From Veleropilina oligotropha (taxonomy: Eukaryota), in NCBI GenBank assembly GCA_048128005.1, contig JBEUKZ010000126.1:124001-188000 (forward strand): DNA of 64,000 nt, given 5' to 3'. Within the stretch, counting starts at the first letter, position 1. Every line of letters begins with the position of its first letter. Under the pieces are notes generated by a model, which worked only from the letters and a program-made list of their open reading frames with translations, ran no database searches and had not been told where the DNA came from. The translations under genes and the position numbers were made by a program. Positions 20,111 through 32,075 of this stretch are shown one piece after another.

Positions 20111-20531
20111 TTAATAAATGAATTTTAAATATTAATAAATAAATTTTTAATATTAATAAATTAATTTTTAATTTTAATTACTTTTAAATATTAATAAATA
20201 AATTTTAAATATTATTATGTATATATGTGATTTTTGTATATTTTCTACTATTTATAATTCCTTGCTATTTGGTAAAATAACTATGTGCTGCTTTCGATTG
20301 TTTCTGAATATATAAAAGTTTCGGCGTATGGGGAGAATTGACTTGGGGGTGAATTGTGTGACATTCTGTTCCACGCTGTTTTTCTTATTGGCCAATGAAA
20401 GCGTGTCTTATAAATTTGGTTTGTCAAGTATCTCTGTTTTCATTGGCTGCTTGCACCAGACGATTATTTTGGTCTGGAAATCCCGCGACACACACTCTTT
20501 TCTCGAGATTCTTGACTTTTTGTAACAAAAT

Positions 20532-22334
20532 ATGTCGGATTCAAGTGATGAAAGCGGACTTGAATGGGAAATTCCCGAACATTTACGAGAAACGCTACCG
20601 AACGACAAATATTCCGACATCGAAGTGTCTGATGAAGATTATAGCGACGATGAAGCCACTGAAGCTGACGACAAGCTGAGGAAAAGATTTTCCTGGACAG
20701 ACGAACTTTCCTCGATAAATATTCAACATTTTGCGAAGACGCCCGGACCGTCGACTGTCTTAACGAAGGAAAAAAGAGAGTTCGATTTTTTCTCGCTGAT
20801 TTTCCCGGAGGTTCTTTTTGAACTTTTAACCGAGCAGACGAACTTGTACGCCAGACAACAGCAGACGAAAATCGCGGACCCCGTTTGGCAAGACACAAAT
20901 TCGGAGGAAATTAAGGCTTTTATCGGTATTCATATGATTATGGGCATCTCGGAGGGGGGACCCGCGGAAGAGTTGTTCTGGTCACCCCACCCGATCTTGT
21001 CAGCAATTCCATCCATCATGTCACAAACAAGATTTGAAAAACTCCTGCAATATTTCCATTGCAGCGACTCTACCATAAATCCCAACCATGATGAATTTGG
21101 CCACGACAAATTCCATCATATCAGGAAAATCTTGGAAGTCGTTGAAGATAAATGCATGCAAGAATACGACCCCCATCGCGAGATGACGATAGATGAGGTG
21201 GTTATTGCTTACGATGATCGCCGGTCGAGACAGGTGAAGCTCAGGGTGAAGGTTTGGGCCCGGGTCGATCCCCATAACGGATACACGCAACGAATGAAGG
21301 TGTACACCAGAAAAGAAACCCGTCGCCGGAAACTTAACGCAATGAATCGGGTGGTCAGTGATCTGACGACAGACGTCAAGCACTTTAATCATCATGTCTA
21401 CCTCTGCAGCTGCATATCCAGTGTGGAAATGCTTCGTCAACTGGAAGAAAATGGCATTTTCGCCATCGGAATCTGCCACGCCAATCGTCCCGGTTGGCCT
21501 TCTGCTCTCGGTCCGAAGGTCGTCAAGAAGAAGATGGAACACAAGACGTTGCAGTGCGGAAATCTTGTTGCGACATCGTTGTACGACAGGAAACAGGTAA
21601 ACTTCCTCTCCACGGCCAGCGACCCCACGGTAGAAGTTGCCCTTCCAGATTCACCACGAAGGAAGAATCGAAAAAAAATCCGGGCCCCAGTCATAGTACC
21701 AGAAGTCGTCGGAATGTACTCTCAATTTATACCCGGAGTCCATCGTGCCGATACACTCAGGGTCGACATGTCATGTGCGAAGAGAACCCAGAATTGTTGG
21801 CGCTACCTGTTTTGGTTTTTGGTCGACACTGCCATCAGCAACGCCTTTATTCTCATGTCCGAGTCGCCGTATCATCAGCGTGTGACCCGAAAGGGTAAAC
21901 GAAAACGACGAAAGCTGATGGATTTTCGACAAAACCTCGCAGAGCAGCTCGTAGATCAAACCATGAGGGCGAGAAAACGCGAGATAGAAGACATGGACTG
22001 TAGTGGTGCGCAACACTGGCCAGAGATACTGGGCGAAGAGGGGCCATGTGAAGAGTGCTCCAAGGAACACTGTGAGGAAACGATAGGATGCAAACAATGC
22101 AAAGTCAATCTCTGCGTAAATTGCTTTAAACCATACCATATCTCCAAATTCGGTGCTGCTGAGGAAAACGCTGACTCGGACAAATTCAGTGCTGCGGAGG
22201 AAAATGCTGACTCGGACAAATTCGGTGCTGCTCAAGAGGACACCAACTCAGACAAATTCAGTGCTACTGAAGAAGACGCGGACTCTGACAAATTCAGTGC
22301 TACTGAAGAAGACACTGACTCTGAGTCTGACTGA
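20532..22334 (+). CDS. piggyBac transposase-derived protein (PGBD4-like), probably domesticated and catalytically inactive
   Basis: Intact 600-aa ORF with FFSLIF, EIKAFIG, MSQTRFEKLL, IDE, VNFLST and AISNAFIL, a C-terminal Cys/His-rich domain and acidic 12-aa repeats. Confidence 0.88.
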   Translation: MSDSSDESGLEWEIPEHLRETLPNDKYSDIEVSDEDYSDDEATEADDKLRKRFSWTDELSSINIQHFAKTPGPSTVLTKEKREFDFFSLIFPEVLFELLTEQTNLYARQQQTKIADPVWQDTNSEEIKAFIGIHMIMGISEGGPAEELFWSPHPILSAIPSIMSQTRFEKLLQYFHCSDSTINPNHDEFGHDKFHHIRKILEVVEDKCMQEYDPHREMTIDEVVIAYDDRRSRQVKLRVKVWARVDPHNGYTQRMKVYTRKETRRRKLNAMNRVVSDLTTDVKHFNHHVYLCSCISSVEMLRQLEENGIFAIGICHANRPGWPSALGPKVVKKKMEHKTLQCGNLVATSLYDRKQVNFLSTASDPTVEVALPDSPRRKNRKKIRAPVIVPEVVGMYSQFIPGVHRADTLRVDMSCAKRTQNCWRYLFWFLVDTAISNAFILMSESPYHQRVTRKGKRKRRKLMDFRQNLAEQLVDQTMRARKREIEDMDCSGAQHWPEILGEEGPCEECSKEHCEETIGCKQCKVNLCVNCFKPYHISKFGAAEENADSDKFSAAEENADSDKFGAAQEDTNSDKFSATEEDADSDKFSATEEDTDSESD

Positions 22335-24097
22335 TTTTCATTGATACAATGCTAGTAAACTCACAACGGTCCTGAAAGGGACAACAAATGGTGCAAAAGA
22401 ACACCCGATTTAATACCAAACGTAACACCTTTTAATTGTAAGCAATGAAAGTTTACTAATGTTATATGCCTGTATAATTGGTACTAGTTGGATCGTATTA
22501 AATCATTTTAAGTAATAATGTTTCATTCGTATTGTGAACAGCGTGGACCATGGTTTAACGTCTCAATTCGAAGGATGGGCAATTTTTAATCTTTTTAGCA
22601 TTAAGTGGTTAGCGCTTTGAACACTCAACGCGGGTTGTTAGCTGAGTTTTAGCCTATCCGGCACTTCATTCCACCACATAATTACAATAAAACCATGATA
22701 TCATGATATCCCCTATACGTCGGTCTGACCGGATCGCGATCTTGATCTTGATTTCTTGAATCGAGCCTCGTTTATATGTTAGTACGATTGTCCCAAGTTA
22801 ATATTATATTGGTGTCGTATTAAATGTCGATGTCATTTAACCTGCAGTATTTAAGTTGCTGTTATTTCATCAGAAATATAAATATCATTGCCTGTGAATT
22901 GCAGTTGGTTACAGGTAGTGTCTGCTTACTCGACTGCAATTGTCACTAGTCTTTTTGGTATTGGTGTTATAAAATTACACAAACATCAAGTTCCTGGCAA
23001 CCTAAACACATTGTTAATTGTGGAGAAGATTGGATCACACGCTTAATGTCCTGTATATTTGCAACCTTAAGTTCCAATGCAGGACATGCAATATTATCGT
23101 GGGAGGAAACTCGGCCAGTTAAGTACAACTGTGCTTGATAACTGAACAAAGAATGCCATTATCCCAACCGAGATTCAAACCCACTTCTGTTAATTAGCAC
23201 AATTGAGCCAGTGATTTCAGAGTCCGCACTCGAGACGACACGACTACCAGAGCGTCCAGTAGCTTAGAAGAAGCAGTCGTACATTGTGAAGATGTAATAG
23301 ATAATACACTGCCAGCCCGAGCGTTATAATTCACATAACAGAACGAGGCTGTTATGTTATAACGCCGATGGGTGGCAGTTGTATTATGTTATACACACCG
23401 CGGAAATCTAGTGTAAATTGCAAGCTGCATTAAACCTCATAAAACATTCATATCATGCTCTAGAAGGCGATATGGTGGGCAATTGAGTCTACTCTTCCAT
23501 TGGCAAGCTGTCAAATCTGTTGTCGCTCAATTTAGTCTGGTCGGCTAGCCGAGTTAGCCATTTTCTGAAAACACTGCGTCAATTAACACTAGGAGGCCTA
23601 TTGTTCACTTAACTTTCCCCATAGTGTGTATGCTGACGTAGCTCCATGCAAAGATGTTGCGTGATATTCTTAAGGTCTCATTCCATTTGGCCATCTGATA
23701 AGCTGGGAACAATTTTCAGTCACCCGTGGCCATATCTCTCATGCTTTATGGAAACGCTAAGTGTCATTAAATGCTATGTGCAATACCATAGCATACAATA
23801 TGCATAATAAACCTGAATAATCTAAAAGTTATTACACATGAGTCGTAGCTATCTAATGATAAGTAAGCACCATGGTTGAAAATATACTATCAACAGTTCT
23901 ATCCAATGGAGGAAACTTTTGACAATTTAACTGCATATGTGAAACCCGCTCTCCTGCATTGTGAGAGTACAAATGCGATGCTTTTGCCATTACTTTTACC
24001 GCAAAATTAAAAACAGCAATTTACCGTAAAATTATGTGCAGGCACATGTCTATGCCTGGATACACCACTACACTTAGAGCTGCCATATTTCCTTTAA

Positions 24098-24546
24098 AGA
24101 GACTATTGCCCGTAAATGCGCTCTTTCGCATGAGTTATCTCTGGCACGAGTTGTCCTGACACCATCTATCACCCGGTTCGCGCAGATTGATACAAATTTC
24201 GCGAAGATATGATCGATATATGATCAAATGATAGACTTTTATTGAAATTATTATTGTAACTGGGCAATATATGTTATTGTCAAGTAGAAAGCTATCTTAC
24301 TTGACGAGCAGAAACAAACGCAACTGTGCTCCAACTAGGTCAATTGGAAATGAACTCTGTGCGAGGTAATTAAACGGGTACCGCGTTTTATTATTTTTAA
24401 ATATTCAGTAGCGATTAATTTAAACGGTAGCAAATTACTGACGAAAGTTGAGTGTTGAAAATTCGTAACTTTTTACGTTATAAACAAAAGTAATGCTGTT
24501 AGTTTTCTTTTTAAAAAAGAAAGCGCATTTACGGGCAATAGTCTCT
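24098..24546 (+). mobile_element. Kolobok-like MITE, copy 2
   Basis: Same TIR and internal sequence as 19667-20110; TTAA TSD. Confidence 0.88.
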
Positions 24547-24714
24547 TTAACACACATCTTGCATGATGGCTGAATACTTCAGATACACAAATTGTCAAAA
24601 CTTAACGCAATTGCGTTGATTTTCTCTTTCGTGCACTAGATTGCAAAACAATGCCAAATGATGTTCTGAGCAGTAAGTTGCAAACTTCCTGTAGGAATTC
24701 ATTCAATCTCATAA

Positions 24715-25525
24715 TTATTATCCCCCGCCAAAAAATTTTGCGGGGGATATTAAAATGCAGACCTCCATCCGTCTGTCCGTGCAAATTATCTTTTCCGGAG
24801 GATATCTCGTACACCGCTCGACATAACTTTTCGGAACTTCCTGGGTTTATTATGTACTCTGTGAACTGGTGCCTTTTGCTAGTTTCGACGTCGTGTCGCG
24901 ATTATTAACAGAGTTATTTCCCTTGTTCTAACTTTCGTTAATGTTATCTTTTCCGGAGCGTAGCTCATACACCGCATGACATAACTTTACGAAACTTGCT
25001 TAATGTATTCAGTAGTCGATGAACTGGTGCCTTTTGCTAGTTTTGACAATGTGCGAGTATAATTAACAGAGTTATTTTCCTTGTTCTAAATTCGTGAAAA
25101 TGTTCTCTTTTCCGGAGCATGGCTCATACACCGCTAACTTTACGAAACTTGCTGGATATATTAAGTAGTCGGTGAACTAGTGTCTTTTGCTAGTTGCGAC
25201 GTCGTGTGGTGATCATAAACAGAGTTATTGCCCTTGTTGTTAATTTGTTACTGTTCCCCATTCCGAAGCGTATCTCATAAACCGCTTGGCATAACTTGAT
25301 TCAATTTGGTGGGTGTATTAAGCAGTTGTTTAACTGGTGCCTTTCGTTAATTTCGACATACGTCATATATTGCTTTAATTTTGTTATTCCCGACTAAATC
25401 TCATACAGTGCTTGACTTGTCATTACGAAACTTGGTGGGTGTATTCAGTAGTTGGTTAGCTGGTGCCTTTTCATAATTTTAACATGGTGTCATGATTAAT
25501 GACAGAGTTATTGCCCTTGTTATTA
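24715..25525. mobile_element. Helentron/HINE-like non-autonomous element with internal ~120-bp tandem repeats
   Basis: Terminal hairpin ATCCCCCGC..GCGGGGGAT, a TCCG/TCTG microsatellite and repeated GAACTGGTGCCTTTTGCTAG units. Confidence 0.55.
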
Positions 25526-26627
25526 TTTAAATCAACGATATTGTTTCAAGAACATACAGCATATAGTAATTATTGTGAAGTGTGAGGGTAGGATGTGGGT
25601 TAGAATCCCACTCCAGTGTAGAAGGGATGCGCGGTTTAAAAACCTGTTGTAAACCAGTTCTTCAGATGGAGACGTTAATCCCAGTTTTGACTACAGATAC
25701 GACTGAAAAATGTCAAAATATGATCGTAAAACTAAACTTTAATCTATCAATCATTAAATTTAATATTAAGGAACATGTTTACAAATTCAATGGCTTTAGA
25801 TTCACCATTTATATTTTCGGGAACATATATCTGGAAAGTGATAGTAACATGTATGCACAATCAACAGAAGTGAATTTCTGAATTCATCGGGATGATCCAG
25901 TAGTTCCAGTTACCGTATAGCACTACCAGGTGGCAGCACAGACCTATTGCCATACACATCAATTTGACTATAATCATTATGTAAATCACCATTAGATGTT
26001 TGTAAATAATCTTTTAAATGTGTTATGAACAATGTTTATTGTATTTAATTTTCGTAAATTGTACTGTAACACGTACGGCTGCCTACTCTACAGTATACAT
26101 CTGTACATACATACATGGCTGCTTGAATATTGACATCGTAAAAATATTATTAATGAACTTCTTCTATTCATTCACCGAACTACAAAGGCATGTTCCAACA
26201 GCCTAGCAAAGAACTCATTAGTCTTCTCTCATTGGTTAACTCCTAAAGTAGAATATCATTGGTTGACATATACAGTATATGATTGGACTAGAAGTATAAT
26301 ACATAGTAATTATAGTCATGTGTGTATAACCTGCTATATAGCGTGAATATGGGATATAGGCATTTAAAGGATACCCAGAAATAGCGGGATAATAGGTTCA
26401 TATGGTTAAACCGGGGCCCAGACTGCGATAAGATTGAAAAGTTGTCAAATGCGGTAAACCGTTGTAATTTACAGTAAGACAAAGTTGGCTTAACAACCAA
26501 CTTTAATAATTGAAGCTAAAAATCTTTGTAGATTAAAGCTTGTAGTAAAATATTTCTTGTCCTAAATTTGACCGAAGCTCATCGCTAAATTGCAAATATT
26601 GTACGTCATAAATATTGTCGATTACAG

Positions 26628-29143
26628 CTCCACTCGGCCATGTCGATCCGAATGGAATCGGAGCATTACCGACGAGGACAGGGCATACTGAATGAGAAGG
26701 GCGAGGGCCTGACCATGGGCGCCCTCTACTGGCAGCTAAACGATATATGGCAGGGGCCCACATGGTCCTCAATAGGTACAATGTTAACATGATTAAAAAT
26801 ATTATGAAAATTGAGTAAGATTATATTTGATTACAGTGCTTATAAATTGTCTGGGTCGAGTCAAACTGGTATTTCTATGTTAATCATTGTCAGGTAAACG
26901 CACGTTACACAATGTCATGTATTACAAGCTTCAAAGAATTTTACAGGATAATTTGCAGTATTTTATGGGAAAATGAAATATAATGTGATGTTTTTATCTG
27001 TCCTGTATTGTTTATCGTTACAGAATACAGTGGAAAATGGAAAATGCTGCATTATTACGCCAAGAAATTCTTCGCTCCTATTTTAATATCTCCGTACGTC
27101 GAAGGAGATAATTTATATGTTTATTTGATTAATGGAGATCAACCGACGTATCGATATTACGATTCAGTGACTGGGGAAATGTACTTTTCTTTGGTAAAAA
27201 ATCCTGCATTAGCCACAAGTCATAGCAATAGTAACCGTAACGACAGCAAGCCAAATCCTGATGCAATTAGTGGGACTTTAACAATACAGATTTACAAATA
27301 TGCGAGCAAAGACCCACCGACACATGTCAAAGTTCAATATTCTGTAAGTATCATTGTTATGACAAGGGTAATATAGTTATTTTCATGAGCGTCTATTTCT
27401 TCTATAAACTAAGATGCAGTAGTAGGACTGGTGTTATATATGTTAATTTAAATATATGTTGGATTTACCAGCCAGGGGAGGTGCGTGTACAGAGGGGGGC
27501 GAAAGGACGTATGCCCCCCTTCCTAATATTTTATGAAAAAGGAAAGGATCGATGATTAATGTGCAAAGCAGGACATTACCATATTATCGCGGGAGGCAAG
27601 CCTGTTCGCCCGGGGAAATCGTTCTCTCCGACCAGTTACGGACAACTGTGGTTCATAACTGAGCAAATAATGTCATGTCTCAACTGAGATTCTGGCCCAC
27701 TAATGTTCGTGTCGGAGCGGAGTCAATCCAGTGATTTTCAGGGTCTGCAATGGAAACCACACAACTGTCAGATTGGCCTAAAATTTTACGAAATACACTC
27801 GTGAAGAAAATAGTGCATAATGTATGGCTGGCTAAAAACATTACATTTACAGCCTCAAAACGCAGGAGAAAATGTTTCAAATTTTTCAATACTAAAGCCC
27901 CCATCGCCATGCACACCGTTGATAGTGAAATGAAAGCATCTCATTTGCAACGTCAGAATGCAGGAGAAGCTGTTTCACAGTTTTAAATACCAAAATTTTC
28001 TTGAGCATGGGTGACAGTAAACTCATTGTTAAATTAATCCTGAACTTGGCGATGTATATGTAGTGGTGGTTGGCTGCACCAGGTATTTTGGGTATTCCTT
28101 CAAATATATTATGGACATATGTCAAATATCCCATATGACCTTTGATTTCATCGATATTCTCTGCGACTAAGTCTGACTGGGATGCCCTTCTGACCTTTGA
28201 ACCAACCAAATTCATCTTGTACTGCATGCAGCTTCTTGATGTACCGTGCACAGACTGTCACTAGATTGATACATTGTATTTCAGGTTACAAAACCATCGG
28301 AGAAGATATACAGCAGTTCCCTCTCCTCACTGCTCAAGCAGGCTGGGTGCTCCTCGGCGACATCCTGCTTCATCTACCTGACCATAGATAATCCCATCGG
28401 GCCCAACTCGTGGCTACCGTTGACGCCGAAGTTTAAATTCGACTCTGAAGGACCACAACGTACAAAAGTTCAGGTATAGCCCTGTTTTCCTGATAAGTCA
28501 ATAATGGTTTCGATTTTAGGCATATTATTGGTGTACATGAATTGTTAAGGGAGCCGCCCTGGTAGCCAATTACTAATAGGTCAAAGTGTCATGGCGGCTT
28601 TTCACACTAGTATGACCCTGAAAGGTGTTAAATGTAAAAACTACAAATATCACAGTTCAATCAATGTAAAATGTTTACAGTAAGACACGTCGCTGTGATA
28701 GAGTTGATAAAAAGATGGTGGCTAATGTAGATATGTAAATCAATTATCATGTTAAAGTCAACAGCTGATGTCATATTAAGAAAATCTCTGATTGCGAGAA
28801 CTTAAGGCAGTCTAATATTTATGGTATGCATGACAACCGATATTATCAGTTTCAAAATGTTTATTTATTTCAGATACTCAGTGTTGAGAAAGGCGGCTGC
28901 AACGTTAAGACATTCTACATCCGCCTGCATACAGACCTCCCGGCATTGTTCGTCTGGATGGAGGCGTTCGGAATCGGTGGATATTTCCAGGATAATGGGT
29001 TCATTATGACTCCGGACAGAGACATGCTCGTGACGTTTAAATCGTGGGATACAGTCTCCATCGATGATTTCAAGAAAAATTTGACAGTTTCTTCATTGAC
29101 TGATGTATATCACAGGGACTCGGAAAAGATTGTAAATATGTAA
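26628..29143 (+). CDS. MANBA: Beta-mannosidase (GH2), last four coding exons: 26628-26775, 27024-27343, 28285-28473, 28874-29143
   Basis: The spliced frame reads ...TMGALYWQLNDIWQGPTWSSI/EYSGKWKMLHYYAKKFFAP... and ...LFVWMEAFGIGGYFQDNGF...; all junctions are GT-AG with consistent phases. Confidence 0.92.
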
Positions 29144-29789
29144 CGTCTGCCGCTGATGTACAAACAAGTTACAACCGTAAACAAGACAATCAAAGATTGC
29201 ATACCATAGCCCAGGCGAGTTCACTGCCATTGTCTAGTGAGCTAAAGAACATTTTGAGCCTAATTTGCAGGTCCTACGACAAAAAGTTTTAATGCTAGAG
29301 CCGAAAATCCATTAACTAAATATTGCGCCTTAAAATGTATGCCTTGTACGTCAAAACCACGACCATGGCTATGAGCACTCAAACGGCTAACCTTCATAAT
29401 AGGACAATTTTATGTGAGATGGTTATTTCAATGCAAAATGTTCTGAATGAAGAATTAATTAGGTGTTTGAATTTATTTTAATATGCAATATAACTGTTGT
29501 GACAGTCAAAAACAACTGATTTTCATAGAGTATAATGTGAAAATTGTTATTGGTATCATCTGCAAGTTAATGTATACTTGCATCTCATTTTGTGCATGTC
29601 ATTGTTTTATTGAAAGCATCTTAAACTTATTTCATGTATATGTCCGTAAATGCACCTCCACATTTTCGTATTTTACATTATTAAGGAATTTATATTTATT
29701 ATTCTGTTAAATGTATGTCTGCATAACATTGGATCATGTTAAAATCCTGGTCATTCGCTGTAACGCATGTCTTTATGTTATTTATGTAG

Positions 29790-30036
29790 GGAGGGAGGTA
29801 TGATGCTTAATATCCTGTATATTTACAACATCGAGGTTCAAGGCAGGACATGTCCGTGTTATCGTGGGAGGAAACCCCGGCGCCCGGGTAAACCCGCCCT
29901 CTTCGGCCAATCGCGGACAACTGTGATTCATAACTTGAACAAATGTCAATGCCTCAGCCACTCCTGTTTGCATTAGCGGAATCAAGTCAGTGAATTTAGA
30001 GTGGACACTCTTACTCACTGCTCTGCCGAAGCGGCC
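29790..30036 (-). mobile_element. tRNA-derived SINE, family B (GGTTTCCTCC core, Meta/V-like)
   Basis: Near-identical to 35431-35688; partial copies at ~23030, 27565, 38115, 38465, 40830, 48880, 55640 and 60725. Confidence 0.75.
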
Positions 30037-30382
30037 TATTTAAGTAGGAGGACAGACTCAGTGTTATATTGACAATCAAAGAAAACTACACTTTTGAAAT
30101 TTTTCTGGTGAATAGTAGATTTTGTATGATAATCAATCTTCTAAGTATATCAGTTGCAAATGTACTGTCAGTAATTTTGTACATTTAATAGAATACACAT
30201 GTAATGTTGTGTAAAATGTTTATTTTTGATAATTTGTATATTTAATTATACATGCAAAAGTTGTTTAATAAGCTGACATGTAATTATTTATTGTTAATAT
30301 GACTAATCTGTTACTATTAAAATTATTCTATACATTATTAAATATTTTTGTATTGAAAATATGACATTGTGTACTTCTATAT

Positions 30383-30703
30383 GCCGTCGTGGCTCAGTGG
30401 GTTGTTCACCGGACTCTGGTCACAGAGTCTCGAGTTCGCCCCCAAAGCTCGGCGATTTCACTTGGGCAAGGAAATAAGCATATATTTGCCTCGGTCCACC
30501 CAGCCGATCGGAATGGGTACCTGGTTGGCAGTTATGTAAGTCACGGCGCTACCCGCGTGTAAATGACTGTAATGCTCCCAGAGGGAGTTGAGATGGCATA
30601 TCGAATGGAACAGGCCCATAACCAGGGGTAATAATGTTCAGCGCATTGAGACACTAGCGTAATAATGCGCTATATAAGACCGGAGTATTATTATTATTAT
30701 TAT
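30383..30703 (+). mobile_element. SINE family A, full-length with (ATT)n tail
   Basis: tRNA-like head GTGGCTCAGTGG..GAGTTCG, Deu/Nin-like core and an L2-like tail. Confidence 0.8.
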
Positions 30704-31056
30704 ATAATTCTGTCTTCATTTATGTCTAGTTTGGTTTAGATCAATGCTTAATGTCCTGTTTTTAACAACCATCAAGTTGCAGTGTTTCCGCCAGAAAATA
30801 ATTTGAGGGTACGCTAATTCATAGGGTAAAAATAAATTTAAAAAAACAAATTTAAAAAAAGAAGTTCAGCGCCGCGCAAGAAAATTTTGATTTTATCAAC
30901 TGTGAAATGGCCTCTCCGTTACTTATGTAAACTGCACCAATTATCACAATTGTTTCACACACGCCGTTTTGACCGTCAGCACGCCTTTTTGATCAGAAGA
31001 GTGTTTCCTGTTACTGTGAAATCTAATTAATATACATGTACTGAATATTATTGTTA

Positions 31057-31576
31057 TTTATCACATGACAAACCTGTTATGAAACGGTAGAGGCCGTTCC
31101 ATAAATTTATATACGAAAAGACACGTCTCATAAGTATGCAAATGAGGGCAAGCATGACGGCCGATTATCGCATCTGGCGCCAAGTTGATTAGGCGGCGAA
31201 TCACCCTCATTAACATAATGAATAATTCATATGCGTTGACTCGTCGATTACTGACGTTGAACTATTTTTTATTGGCGTACTGGCATGGCGCGTGCTTTCG
31301 CGGCGTGATGCGTCTGGGGCATGGCATTTTATGGCTGAAAGTACTGGCAAAAATCAGTTTAAAAACATAAAGAAATGAGTTTTAAAACGTAATACAATAA
31401 GTTTAAAAGTAAATAAAGTCATGTGATAAAGAAGATATCAAACTTTTATCCATTTCATATGAGAATTATGAAACTCGTCAGCAAATTTATGTACCTGCCA
31501 AGGCTCGGTACATAAATTGTGCCCGACTCGTTTCATAATTCTCATATGGAATGGACACTCGTTCGATATCCTCTAT
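31057..31576 (+). mobile_element. Non-autonomous element with short inverted repeats and a long terminal hairpin (possibly Crypton-like), family C copy 1
   Basis: TTTATCACATGAC..GTCATGTGATAAA plus a hairpin with ~45-bp arms at 31449-31555; inverted copy at 40944-41464. Confidence 0.7.
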
Positions 31577-31619
31577 ATATGAGCTGAACTGTCTGATAAT
31601 ATATTCACTTTGACGTTGA

Positions 31620-32075
31620 TTTTTGGCCTGCCTTCTAAAGGCCGTGGACTGGCGTCCGTCCGTCGTCCGTCGCCTGATGCTTTCTGTCACATAGAAGATG
31701 AACCGCTGGACTTACTCCTTTCATATTTGGTATACATCTTATATACCATCAGGCCTAGCCCAAGTTCAAAGATGGGGTCGCTGGGTCAAAGGTCAAGGTC
31801 ATTTTCGTGTATTTCCGTTCTGGCACTTCGAAGATTGCTTTCTGTCACATAGAAGATGAACCGCAGGACCTACAGCTTTCATCTTGGGTATGCACCTTGT
31901 ATACCATCAGGCCTTGGTTAAGTTCAAAAATGGAGTCTCTGGGTCAAAGGTCAAGGTCATTTTCGTGTATTTCCGTTCCAGATGGCACTTTGAAGATATA
32001 GAGTTATTGATTATTTTCCTCTCTATGGATTTATATATCCAAAAGGCGGGCCTGTATGAGGATTATACCTCTAGT
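31620..32075. mobile_element. HINE-like element with a ~160-bp internal duplication
   Basis: GTCC microsatellite, duplicated GGGTCAAAGGTCAAGGTC unit and subterminal inverted motifs. Confidence 0.5.

Noticed and set aside
20490..20532. PGBD ORF as an alternative 3' exon fused to MANBA (CSB-PGBD3 style)
   Set aside because: There is an in-frame TAA at 20523-20525 and no AG acceptor between it and the ATG.
20532..22334. Active piggyBac transposon mobilising the flanking TTAA MITEs
   Set aside because: Two catalytic Asp residues are substituted, no TIRs were seen, and the MITE ends are AG..CT rather than CCC..GGG.
30383..30450. tRNA genes at SINE heads (also ~14800-14869 and ~35600-35688)
   Set aside because: A/B boxes are present, but there is no complete cloverleaf and each continues into a SINE body and tail.
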